Assembly (NCBI GenBank): GCA_052055015.1
Contig: JBQJIT010000016.1
From: Malassezia furfur
Taxonomy: Eukaryota
DNA: 20,000 nt
Direction: 5' to 3' (one strand)
Part shown: positions 1 to 10,223 of the stretch, in pieces
Layout: the number at the start of each line of letters is the position of its first letter
How positions within the stretch are numbered: position 1 is the first letter of the stretch
Program-made: the position numbers and the translations under genes
Notes under the pieces: model-generated
Told to the model about the DNA's origin: nothing
Seen by the model: only the letters and a program-made list of their open reading frames with translations
Databases searched by the model: none

Positions 1-399
1 GCAAACGCTCTCGGCTCGTTATTCAGACCTAGGTAATCTGCGATAGTTGCGCACGTTGCGCAGTCGGCGCCCCCGACTGCAGGACCAGGGGCTTATCTGC
101 AGCTCAGGTATCACGAGAGCAGGCACGTGTTTTTGCGCAGACGCGTCAGCGCGGCCAAGCCAGGCTGTGATTGTAGGGAAATCGCGTGCAGTATGCAGCT
201 TCTAATTTCGAACGAGGCGTCCGCCGTTATCACGATCTTATAGTCTTATTGGGATACGCGCGGCGCGATTAATTAGGTGTGCAATCTAGCAGGGGGTAGG
301 TGGCCTGTTTCAGTGCTTCCAGGGGGAGACCGCGTGTCGCTTACGTCCTTGCACTCGTTGCACTCGCGCGCTCGTACCTCAGGTACTGAGTACGCAGCG

Positions 400-1383
400 A
401 TGGCACCGAAATCGTCGGGCGCCCCCGCTCGACCACCATCCAAGAGATGGTCGTCCATTATCAGCCAGCCTTCCATCTTCCGAAAGTCCTCGGCAGACAA
501 TACCCATCGCTTTTCCACCGTCGACCCGGCTGGTCCGGGCTCGGACGTGATGCGCATGTTTCGCCCTAAACGCTTCATGTCCTCCGACCATGCGGCTCTC
601 GACGATGCATGGGAAATCCGCTCGTCTTCATGCTGCGAGTTCGACCGTCTCCGGAAGAATCTGGCTTTAGACGACGACCCTATCTGTCTCGAGTCGCTCT
701 TTTGCCGTTTGATCGATTTCAGCTTGATCCCAGACCCGCAGGAGAAGCCGGAATTGAACTCAGACGCAGAAACGCTCTCTTCGACCGACGACGACCAGAG
801 CATGGGCGATATCAGTCTGCCGTCTCCTTCTCTCGAAGGTCCAAAACCGGGCGCACGCCTCCCGACAAGCGCCACTATGCCTACCATCATTGCTCCTGAA
901 GCACCGCCCAAGCCGCCGCGGTCCAGTCTTCGACCCAAATACACTCAAACGCCGGCGGCGCGCCCCACGCTGAACAAACTTCCTTTAATGGAGCTGTCGC
1001 TTTCTCAGAGCAGCTCACAGCGTGCATCGCCAGCGCCTTCGGGGCTCGAGACGCCTCCGTTGGAGCCCAGTCGGAGTGGTCCCTACCTCGGCGACGCAGG
1101 GCACTCGAGCCGTGGCACGCTGCCTGGACTCGACTCCACATCCGAGTCTGACTGGTACACTGGGTTCATTCGTTCGTCGTCGTATGCGACGCTGAGTGTG
1201 AGCCCGAGTGCTGACTGGTCGGGTGTGCGGCGGCCTGAGTTGCCGAGCCCACTGCGCGAGAAAAGCGCTGCCCATTACGCACCTGCATCCAAGTCGGGAC
1301 CGATTTCGGACGACTATTTACACGAAATTGCACGGCTCGATACGCATCTCCTTGTGGAGCCGCCCCGTTTTGTTCGCGGATAA
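400..1383 (+). CDS. Hypothetical Ser/Pro-rich, largely low-complexity protein (~327 aa from the first ATG)
   Basis: Open frame 277-1383 with the first in-frame ATG at 400 (MAPKSSGAPARPP...). The composition is typical of a disordered fungal protein and I recognise no domain. An upstream exon cannot be excluded. Confidence 0.6.
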   Translation: MAPKSSGAPARPPSKRWSSIISQPSIFRKSSADNTHRFSTVDPAGPGSDVMRMFRPKRFMSSDHAALDDAWEIRSSSCCEFDRLRKNLALDDDPICLESLFCRLIDFSLIPDPQEKPELNSDAETLSSTDDDQSMGDISLPSPSLEGPKPGARLPTSATMPTIIAPEAPPKPPRSSLRPKYTQTPAARPTLNKLPLMELSLSQSSSQRASPAPSGLETPPLEPSRSGPYLGDAGHSSRGTLPGLDSTSESDWYTGFIRSSSYATLSVSPSADWSGVRRPELPSPLREKSAAHYAPASKSGPISDDYLHEIARLDTHLLVEPPRFVRG

Positions 1384-1956
1384 TGCCGCGTTCTTGTGCT
1401 CACTACCTTATTTGGCCTGACTCACCGTGCCATGCATCCCGACGCTGACATCCATGGGACGTGGCACATCGGTCGGTGATAAGGTCCTTGTTGCATTCTG
1501 CTCGGTTGAATGGGACTTGGCCATGTATGAATGCTGGCTATCGTTCTCTCCTACCAGCGCATCTCACTACTTGCATGTGCCCTAGATAAAGACATTCGTT
1601 CGATTTTGTAATATACCTCTTCCAATTCCCCGCGCGCGCGACAATCACACGAGCAGTGGAACTGCCGCACTCATCTGACGTCGGATTAGTCATCTATAGC
1701 TGTTACGCGCCATCGCCTCCAAAAACGGTCTCATCGATCGCGGCTCGTGTACGATTTGGAAGGAGGCGCAGAAACCGTCTTTTCCGAAGAAGAGCCGAGG
1801 CGTGATACTTGACGTTTTTGTGTACCTGTATACGGTCCTATATTCGCGTTGGTTTTTTTCCCCAAACAGGCCAAGCGTATTTGGACCAACGTCCCTGAAA
1901 GAGAAAAACAGAATTGCAACCGCGTAACGTTCGCCAGAACGATCTAGTTCGGCAAC

Positions 1957-4900
1957 ATGTTTGTGCGTATCCGCTGAGATGACGTTGTTTGTTACTAACA
2001 CACCTCCAGTGGCGTTTTGGCGTGGCTCCGGTCTCGACACTGACCACGCTGCTGGAAAAACCTGATATTACCGTCGAGGATGTGTTGAACGAGCCCGACC
2101 TCCTGCAGGAATGCAAGTCGAACAACCACAAACTCGTTGCATACCTCCAGCAGCCTGAGGTCCTTCAGCGGCTGCTCGACTACGTCATCGGCGCTGTGGA
2201 AGTGGAAGATGTCTCGGACAGTTCCAACCAGGAAAAGATTGCCTTCAAGTACGTCCCAAGTCGTTGTCGCGCATACTAACCACAGATATCCCTACTTTGC
2301 TTCTGAGGTGCTTAGCAGCGAGATACCCGAGATCTCCCTGGTTCTCTTTCAAAACGCACAGGCGCTGCTCGCGCCCTTCTGGGATAATTTCCTCTCCACT
2401 CCCTCGGATGCATTTGAGCGGCCCATGCCGCTGCATGCCCATCCCCTCACTTCGGCAACCTACGTCAAGTCGGAGGTGGGCGGCCCTAGCGATGACAACG
2501 AGGAGAAGAAGCAGGAGGAGAAGTCGACCGGCGAGACAGTCAAGTACTCGGGCCGCTCGCATGGTCCTGGGCACACGGTGTTGGCTGGGTACTGGTCCAA
2601 GGTGAACATGGCGTTGCTTGAAAAGCATCCGCAGGAGATGCTGGCGTTTGTGCAGACGCTGCCGACAGCCGTCGAGGGGCTTGTGTCGCACTTTGAGACG
2701 TCGTCGGTAGTCGACCTCTTGTTCCGCCTGATCCAGACGGAAGATTCCGTGCCGGATGCCGGCATCATCCAGTGGTTCGCCGACAACGACCTGATTGCGC
2801 GTATCGTGGCGCTACTGTCTCCGCATGTCTCGACCGAGCAGCACAAGGCGGCGGCCGAGTTCCTGAAGGCGATCATCTCGCTGTCGGCGCCGTCGCCCTC
2901 GGCCCTCAACCAAATTACCATGCAGGAGACCTTTGGCGGACCGGGCGAGATGCTGATGGGTGCCGGTGGTGTCAACAACCTGCTGGTGCGCGAGCTCGCA
3001 AGCGAGGAGACGGTGAACAAGATGACCTACTTCATGCTGGACTTTAAGCCGACGTTCAAGCCGTTTGCGAGCGGCAGCGGCTCCGAGGGCGCAGCGTCGC
3101 GCAAAGCATCGATGCGTGGCACGCTCGACTCGTCGCTGCCTGCGCTGCGCGAATCGCTCTCATCGGATGAGTCGGCGGTCGAGGAAGAAGAAGACGACGA
3201 CGATGATGACGAGTGGCAGTTGCGGCTTAGTTTCAAGAACCGCCGCATGTCGCTCGCGCAAGGGATGAACGGCGGCCGCGGCCCGGCGCACCGCGACTCC
3301 ACGGCGACGGTGCGCCCCTCCGACCTACGCCGCGACAGTATTGTGCGGCAGGGCCCCTCGCAAGCCGCCATCACCTCGTCATTCACCAACTGTGCCGGAG
3401 TGTTTATCGAGTTGATCCGCAAAAACAACAGCGACTACTTTGAGCAGCACCTGTTCCACACGCTGCGCAACTACCTGCTCCTCCGGCAGCAGGAGGTCTC
3501 TGGAAAGCGCCAGCAGGAGCGCCTCGCGCAAAAGACGGCCGAGGGGCAATCGGACAAGCAGGACCTGACGCTGGAGGACCTTCCATTCGAGGACGACGAC
3601 GACGTTGAGGGCATGGAGGAGGCCATGGCCGAAGTCGCTGAAAAGATGGGCATCGTCCACCTTGGCCCGCTGCTCCAGGTTCTCTCTAACAGGATACCCG
3701 ATTTGCAAGAGATGATGAAGAGCCCCAAGTTGGCGGTGCCGTTTGTCTCGACGACTCTAGGCCAGATTGAGCCGCTCACGCAGACGCGCTACTGCATCGC
3801 CGAGCTCTACGCCGAGATGCTGCACTGCTCCAACATGGTCTTACTCAACCGCGAGCCCAATGTCGGGCCGCAGTACTCGCCAACAGGCACGCTGCTAGGC
3901 GGCATCGAGGGCCTTCAGCGGCTCGCGCGTGCGCTTCAGGGAGACGACGGCGGTCCGCTGTTTGAGTCGAACGAGCCGTCGAGCAGCGCCCCGCAGCACA
4001 GCGCCCCGCAGCCTGAGCTGCACGTCGAGTGCTCGGACGACGACGAACCGCCCGCCGGGGTGCCGACCACCTCCACTTCGAGCGACCGGCTGGCGGCGCC
4101 GCAGCCGGGGAGCGCCAGCGGGCACAGCAGCGAAGGCGAGTCGTCCGACTCGGAGGCTGACAACGCCGCGGACGATGAGGACGCCAAGAGCATTGCGTCA
4201 GCGCTGTCGAGCATGTCGCTGGCCGACCTCACGGCGCAGTTTGCGAGTCGGCCGCCGAGTGTCAACGACGACCACCTGTATGCGACGGTGGGCGACTACC
4301 TGAAAAAGCAGTTCTACGACTTCCAGGTGGTGCCGACGCTCGTCGAGCTCTTCTTGAACCATCCGTGGAACAACTTCCTGCACAACGTCGTCTACGACAT
4401 TATCCAGCAGCTCTTCAACGGCGACATGGACGCCGGCATCAACAAGAAGCTCACCATCGCCACGTTTGAGCAGGCCGGGCTCATCGACGCCATCCTCGAG
4501 GGCTCGCGCCGCAACCAAGAGTCCAGCAGCCAGCTGCGCCACATCCGCCTCGCGTTCATGGGCCACCTCAATCTGATCGCCGAAGAGGTCATCAAGCTCA
4601 TGGAAAAGTACCCCGCGGCCGTCGGCGAAAAGGTCAAGAACTGCTTCCCGCAGCCCGATTGGGACACGTTCGTGAACGACGAGCTGCGCGTGTCGCGTGT
4701 CAAGGAGGCCATGCCGCTCGCCGGTGGGCGCCCCAACGCCAATGCCAGCAACGACCAGAGCTGGAACAAGGACTCGGACAACTGGTATGCGGACTCCGAG
4801 GGGAACAACACTTTCGCACGCTACCTCTCGTCGCAGATGCGCAACGAGTCCACGGAGGACGAGGCGCAGGAGAACGACATCCTCGCACAGCTCGAGGAGC

Positions 4901-5574
4901 GCACCATCGGCTCGTTCCCGGGCGACGACGAGGAGGGCGACGAGGACGAGTGGGGACCGTTCTCCGACTCGAACCGCGCCTCCGACTTCAACTTCATCTC
5001 GACGGGCGCCATTGCTCGTGCACAGGCGAACGCCGGGAGCTCGGTGCAAGAAAACCTTACCCCCGCCGACTGGGCCGCCGAGTTCCGGCGCGGGGGGATG
5101 GGTGCCATTCCGTCGGACGATGCGGTCGACAACGACTCGGACTCGGACTCGGCAGGCAGTGGCCGCAACCGCGACGACAAGGACGGCACGGACTCGGACG
5201 ACAACGGCGCCGACGACTCGCCGTTCGTTGACCTGCACAAGCCGGCGACGCTGCGCCAGCGCGCTCAAACCAGCGAGTCGCTTCCGACGGCACGCAGCCC
5301 CGAGGCCATGGAGGAGGTCATGAAAAACCAGGGCGAGCGCTGGCCGGCCGCCGAAGCCGCCAAGCACGTGCGGTCGCTCAGCAGCGGCAGCGAGGACCGC
5401 GCGCAGGACTGGGCCCTGGCTCAGCTCCCGCCGGATGTGGAGCCCACCAAGGACGGTCTGCTTCGCCGCAAGCTCTCGGACGGTACCAGCGTCACTGTGC
5501 CATTGGACGACGCCGAGCTCATGGCGACCGAGTCTGCGCTGGATATTTCGGACGACGAACAGAGCGCCTCATAG
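1957..5574 (+). CDS. SIT4 phosphatase-associated protein (SAP155/185/190, PP6 regulatory subunit family), ~1177 aa; exons 1957-1962, 2010-2248, 2286-5574
   Basis: Splicing GTGCGT..TACTAAC..CAG (1963-2009, 47 nt) and GTACGT..TACTAAC.CACAG (2249-2285, 37 nt) gives the family-typical N-terminus MFWRFG...LLQECK..N.KLV.YL...KYPY.ASEVL. Later motifs include IELIRKNNSDY, AELYAEMLHCSNM, HPWNNFLHNVVYD and FMGHL, followed by an acidic disordered tail. Confidence 0.93.
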
Positions 5575-5827
5575 TACACGTCCCCCGCAGGCGAAACGAC
5601 GTAACGCCGACCCACTTCCCTCCACCTGCCGCGATGCGCACGCGCACGACGGGCGATGCAATCCGCACGTATGCAGCGAATGACCGTCCGTACCCCACTC
5701 GGCCGAGACGGAGATTACCGGGCGGGAGGTGAGATCGGACTGCTTCAGCGCGCAGTTAGTTACCCCGCAGAGCGGTTCGGTAACTGTGTACAAGAATTAC
5801 CGGGGTTTCTTAGTTTCCTGCATCATC

Positions 5828-7012
5828 ATGACGAACGCATTCATTGTTGGCTCGAAGCGCACGGCATTTGGCTCTTTCGGTGGCAAGCTGAGCCAGATCA
5901 ACGCTGCTCAGCTTGGTGGCCACGCCGCCAAGGCTGCGCTGGCTCAAGCTAAGGCTGATACCCCCATCTCGTCGACCGTCTTCGGTGTGGTGACCCAGTC
6001 GGACTCTACGACGCCCTACCTCTCCCGCCACGTCGGCCACCACGCCGGCCTGCCCATCACGGTGCCGGCCCTCACGATCAACCGTCTGTGTGGCAGTGGG
6101 TTCCAGGCGGCGATCAACGCCTTCCAGGAGATCAAGAGTGGCGACTCCGAGGTGGTGCTCACCGGTGGCACGGAGAACATGAGCATGTCGCCCTACACGC
6201 TCCACGGTGTTCGCTTTGGTAACACGCGCTATGGCGTCGACCTCAAGCTGGCGGACAGCCTCGCGAGCTCCCTGGTCGACCAGGTGCCCGTTCCTACCCC
6301 TATGGGTGTCACTGCTGAGAACCTCGCCGTGAAGTACGGCATCACGCGCGAGCAGTGCGACCAGTTCGCGCTCCAGTCGCAGCAGCGCTGGGCCGAGGCG
6401 AACAAGAACGGTGCCTTCAAGGACGAGATCGAGCCTATCGAAGTCAAGGTGAAGAAGGCCACTGAGACCTTCGAGGTGGACGAGCACCCGCGCGCGAACG
6501 CTTCGCTGGAGTCGCTTGCGAAGCTGCCCCCGGTGTTCAAGAAGGACGGTGTCGTGACCGCCGGTAACGCGTCGGGTATCTCGGACGGTGCCGCGGCCAA
6601 CGTGATTGCCAGCGAGGATGCGCTCACGAAGTACGGCCTCAAGCCCCTTGCGCGTATCGTTAGCTACGGTGTGACGGGCTGCGAGCCGTCGCTCATGGGC
6701 ATTGGTCCCGTCGAGGCCTCGCGTGTGGCTCTCAAGCGCGCGGGTCTGACCATTGCTGATATGGACCTGATCGAGGTGAACGAGGCCTTTGCTGCCCAGT
6801 TCCTCGCGGTCCAGAAGGAGCTCGAGCTGCCTAACGACAAGACGAACATCAACGGTGGCGCTATCGCGCTCGGTCACCCGCTTGGCGCCAGCGGTGCCCG
6901 CATCATGGCGAACCTGACCTACAGCCTGCACCGCCTCGACAAGAAGTACGCTCTTGGCGCGGCCTGCATTGGTGGTGGCCAGGGTATCGCGGTTGTCCTT
7001 GAACGTGTTTAA
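5828..7012 (+). CDS. Acetyl-CoA C-acyltransferase (3-ketoacyl-CoA thiolase, mitochondrial ACAA2-like), 394 aa, intronless
   Basis: Thiolase motifs INRLCGSGFQA (catalytic Cys), GGTENMS, VTAGNASGISDGAAA, EVNEAFA, GGAIALGHPLGASG and CIGGGQG are all present. The first ATG is at 5828 and codon bias is strong. Confidence 0.93.
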   Translation: MTNAFIVGSKRTAFGSFGGKLSQINAAQLGGHAAKAALAQAKADTPISSTVFGVVTQSDSTTPYLSRHVGHHAGLPITVPALTINRLCGSGFQAAINAFQEIKSGDSEVVLTGGTENMSMSPYTLHGVRFGNTRYGVDLKLADSLASSLVDQVPVPTPMGVTAENLAVKYGITREQCDQFALQSQQRWAEANKNGAFKDEIEPIEVKVKKATETFEVDEHPRANASLESLAKLPPVFKKDGVVTAGNASGISDGAAANVIASEDALTKYGLKPLARIVSYGVTGCEPSLMGIGPVEASRVALKRAGLTIADMDLIEVNEAFAAQFLAVQKELELPNDKTNINGGAIALGHPLGASGARIMANLTYSLHRLDKKYALGAACIGGGQGIAVVLERV

Positions 7013-7173
7013 ATAGCTCTTGGAATCGCCTCGACTTGAAAACCTGAACAGATAAGAAAAGCAAAATGAGCTCGTGCGAAGACGCTGGCGGGCAGAGCGG
7101 GGTAGGCTTGGCAGCACAAAAAACGGATGCGACACGTTCTAGAGCGATCTTCTGAGGAAAGAGTCTCGAGATT

Positions 7174-7263
7174 GACTTTATAACTCAGTTGGTTAGAGTA
7201 CCACGTTAACAACGTGGAAACGGAATTCCGTGGAAGTCCCCGGTTCGAGCCCGGGTAAAGTCA
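7174..7263 (+). tRNA. tRNA-Val(AAC) with a predicted 16-nt intron (7212-7227)
   Basis: Acceptor stem GACTTTA/TAAAGTC plus discriminator A; D arm ACTC-AGTTGGTTA-GAGT; anticodon stem CCACG/CGTGG with AAC at 7208-7210; variable loop AAGTC; T arm CCCGG-TTCGAGC-CCGGG. The intron sits at the canonical 37/38 position, and U32 can pair with the antepenultimate intron base A7225. Confidence 0.9.
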
Positions 7264-7273
7264 TTCTTTTTTT
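7264..7273 (+). terminator. RNA polymerase III terminator (T7 run) of the tRNA gene
   Basis: TTCTTTTTTT lies directly after the discriminator base. Confidence 0.8.
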
Positions 7274-7292
7274 ATCCTGGTTGGGAGATGGC

Positions 7293-10057
7293 CTATTTTT
7301 TAGCGTGCGACCCGGCGAGTATGTCTTTCCAAGCCAGCAGAACTTGGAGGGTATCACGATCTGCTGGGTCGTCTTGAGGTTGAGAATGCTGTTCATGAGC
7401 ACGAATCCATTCATAGAGGGTGGATGAGACCACATTCGTGGCTTCATTCGCATAGTCGTGCGAATGGGGTACGCCAAGGTCCAGCAGCCATTCTGCATAC
7501 TCCAGCTTGTTTTTCCGGCACTGCTCATTGGGTAGCGGGAATGTGGCCGAGCGCGAAAAAAGATGCTGTGCCCAAAGGAACAGTGGCATCGCAAAGGCTT
7601 GCATGGCGACCGTAGGGTTGTGCAATTTGTCCGAAGGCAGGAACATAATGTTCCGAAAGTTTTGCAGGAAGGTGAATGCCCCGCCACAGTCTTCCAGTGT
7701 GGAAGTAGCCTCGTTAGGTGTAGAAATACAGGACAGCAACTGTTGCAAAGACGTCTCCAGCATCGAGATATCGCGGACAATTTGCACCTTTTCGTCTTCC
7801 TCGTGCAGTCGGATCAAGGTCACGAACAGAAGGAAAGCCCGCAAGACAAACTGCACCAAATCTTTCACTGCCGTCTTGACCTCGTCTAAAGCCGTAATAC
7901 GGTTCAGAACGCCGTTTCGGAGCGACGTGAGTCGTGCGTGCAACTCCAACATATATGTACTCACTGGAGCTTTGTTCGGATGGGCTCCTGGCGCCGCTCT
8001 TGCCTTTTCGAGCTTGAACCGGGACATTCGTGCCAATACGCTCACCAGCTCAGCTTGAACCGACCGACACAACGGATCCATCAGGTCCTGGTGGAGTATA
8101 CGGCTCGCCGTTCGTTCCCATTCCAAAGCCTGTTCAGAAACGTGGGCGTGAAGCGAATCGGAACGAGCGCGAAGGTCTTGTAGAAAGGCGATTAACACAG
8201 CCATCACAGCTGCATTTTGCAACTGCTGACGTGGGGGCTGCGGTTTTTGAAGTGTATACGCCAAGTCGTCGCGCGAAATTTGGGTACTCAGGTCGACGAA
8301 CATAGCATTTACCGCAGAAGAAAGTGTCTCGGCCACCCTGCTCGCCAGTCGCTCATCGGTAGCACATGCGCTGGACTCGGTCGTAACAATGCGCATCAGG
8401 GCGTGAGTCAGCGCAGGTGTGTCAGCCGCACTGCTTGGGCTGGACAGGAGGGTATGCACAAATTGTCGTCTCTCGCCCAATTCCTGGGTCACAGTCCGCA
8501 AGTACGACTGTTCAAGTTCGCCCAGCAGAGAGAGTACAGATTTGGGCCAATCCTCGTAGCCTGTCGGCACAGACGACTCGTCTGTTAGCAGTGCGATTCT
8601 CGCGAAAAGCTCCTTGAAGATGGCCAGCAGGTGAGGGTAGGTCGAAGTCACAATGAATCGCCAAAAGTCGGACTCCTCAATGCACTCGTGCACAATCATG
8701 CGAAAGTTGCGCGCAAAAGACATCCATAGCAGGTCAGTTGGCTTTTCGTGCAATTGCTGCGTAAGTATTCCGACATACGTGCATCAAGGACTCCTGGAGT
8801 GTCGCGCCTGACTTGCTGGTATGCTTGGAGCGCAGGACATACTCGAGCATGTTAATCTTGGTAAAAATGGGTGCCATCTCATCGACGATTAACGAGCGCA
8901 GCTGCGTCCATACGCCCGATGTCCACTGTTGCAGGAGTTGTGCATCCTCGGCGGTCAGTGCACGGTCTGGAAGTTGGTAATGCATCGAGAGCAACGTCTT
9001 GAAGGAGAACGATGGTGGCTGGGCTTTCCCGAGCCCCTTGCCAATGGTGTACAAATCCAAGGCCGAGCGGATGCGCTCGAGCAAGACGGCATTGAGGTCC
9101 TCGATGAAGTTCTCGACCAGGCGCGCAAGCTGGTTGCGATGTTCGGCTGCCTGAAGCGCAAGACCGAGAAGCGCGGGCGACAGGTTCCGAAGACCGTACA
9201 GTAACGTATTCTCGACCTGCTCCTGGAGCAGCTGCGACGCATCCGGCAGCAGCGCCAGGTGCGGCGCAAGAAAGTCGAGCTGTACACAGTCCTCCCGTAG
9301 CTGTTTGTCCAGTTCGTCCTCATCTTCCCAAGGCTCGAGCAATTGCTCCAACTGCTCCAGTGTGATGCAGGCAGACAGAATGTGGGTCGCCTGTTGCTGC
9401 ATTAACTTGGGATCTTGTCCGGAGCCTGCCGCTTCCGAGCCAAGAATGGTATCCATCTGAGAAGACAATCGTGTGCACAAAGCAATCATCTCTTGTGCAC
9501 GAAAAACGAGCTCTTCTCTCTCCTGCAGCGCTTCGAGGTGCGTTTGGTTTTCTTCGATGCGCCGAAGAGACGACGTGACATTCGAGCGTGCGCTGCGTCA
9601 GTTTCCATCGCACGTACGATTTCACACGGTGATGAAGCTTGTTAAACTCTTGCAAGATGTCAGACACAGAGTCACGAAGAGGCGCGACGTTGGTGATGCG
9701 CTCCAGGAACTGCGTCGAATGCAAGGTGATCTGGGATGAGATTCGCACTTACCAGACCATGAATGTCCTGGTCGACCTCAGTGATGGACACATTCAAGCG
9801 GCTCAGTGCAACACGCATGTCTGTGTCAACTGATGCTACGCGGTTCGAGACATCCAGCGTGTTCTCCGACGCCGACCCCGGGTCCTGGGGCTGCGCCGGC
9901 GAGCTCAGAAACTGACTCGCGTACGTTTGTGCATCAAAGTCATCGCGCAGAAATACAGCGTGGTCTGCGTAAGTAGATTTCACCTACCGAATGAGCCAGA
10001 TCCGGGCTTCGCCGGGGCCGAGCTTTTCTCGGAGTGGGCCAAGCTCGTGTCGGCCAT
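7293..10057 (-). CDS. COG5: Conserved oligomeric Golgi complex subunit 5-like protein, ~890 aa; exons 10057-9988, 9964-9753, 9730-9618, 9592-8779, 8756-7293
   Basis: Four GT..AG introns (9987-9965, 23 nt; 9752-9731, 22 nt; 9617-9593, 25 nt; 8778-8757, 22 nt) join the ORF-track fragments into one frame. The N-terminus (FLRDDFDAQTYASQFL...ALSRLNVSITEVD), PVSTYMLEL and LIRL.E.EK..IVRD...LE resemble fungal Cog5. The family assignment is from recognition, not a search. Confidence 0.8.
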
Positions 10058-10223
10058 GGCAGCGCACCTCCGCAATTGTCGAACGCGGAGCGTGCACGCG
10101 CACGGGCTGGGAATTATGCAAGAATGGTAGGACCCGGCATCGGCGGGGGCGGTCGGACGGGCATAGACACTGGTTGATGGTGCCTAGGCAGTGTCTATGA
10201 GCATGTTTCTGGAGAGTCGTGGT

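Noticed and set aside
1780..1870. T-rich tract ending TTTTTTTCCCCAAACAG upstream of the SAP gene as a 5' UTR intron or snoRNA
   Set aside because: I found no convincing donor/branch pair or C/D or H/ACA boxes. It may simply be promoter or UTR sequence.
5134..5151. (GACTCG)3 and nearby GAC/GAA triplet runs as repeats or an array
   Set aside because: They are coding low-complexity Asp/Ser/Glu tracts with no spacer-repeat structure.
4198..5367. 389-aa antisense ORF within the SAP gene
   Set aside because: Same shadow-ORF effect from GC-rich codon bias.
5810..7135. 441-aa antisense ORF spanning the thiolase
   Set aside because: It is the codon-aligned shadow of a strongly biased gene that avoids TTA/CTA/TCA, and shows no recognisable protein features.
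7293..10057. COG5, HIG1-like, SRP40 and THI20 fragments read as frameshifted pseudogenes or programmed frameshifts
   Set aside because: Every break coincides with a donor-branch-AG unit whose removal restores the frame exactly.
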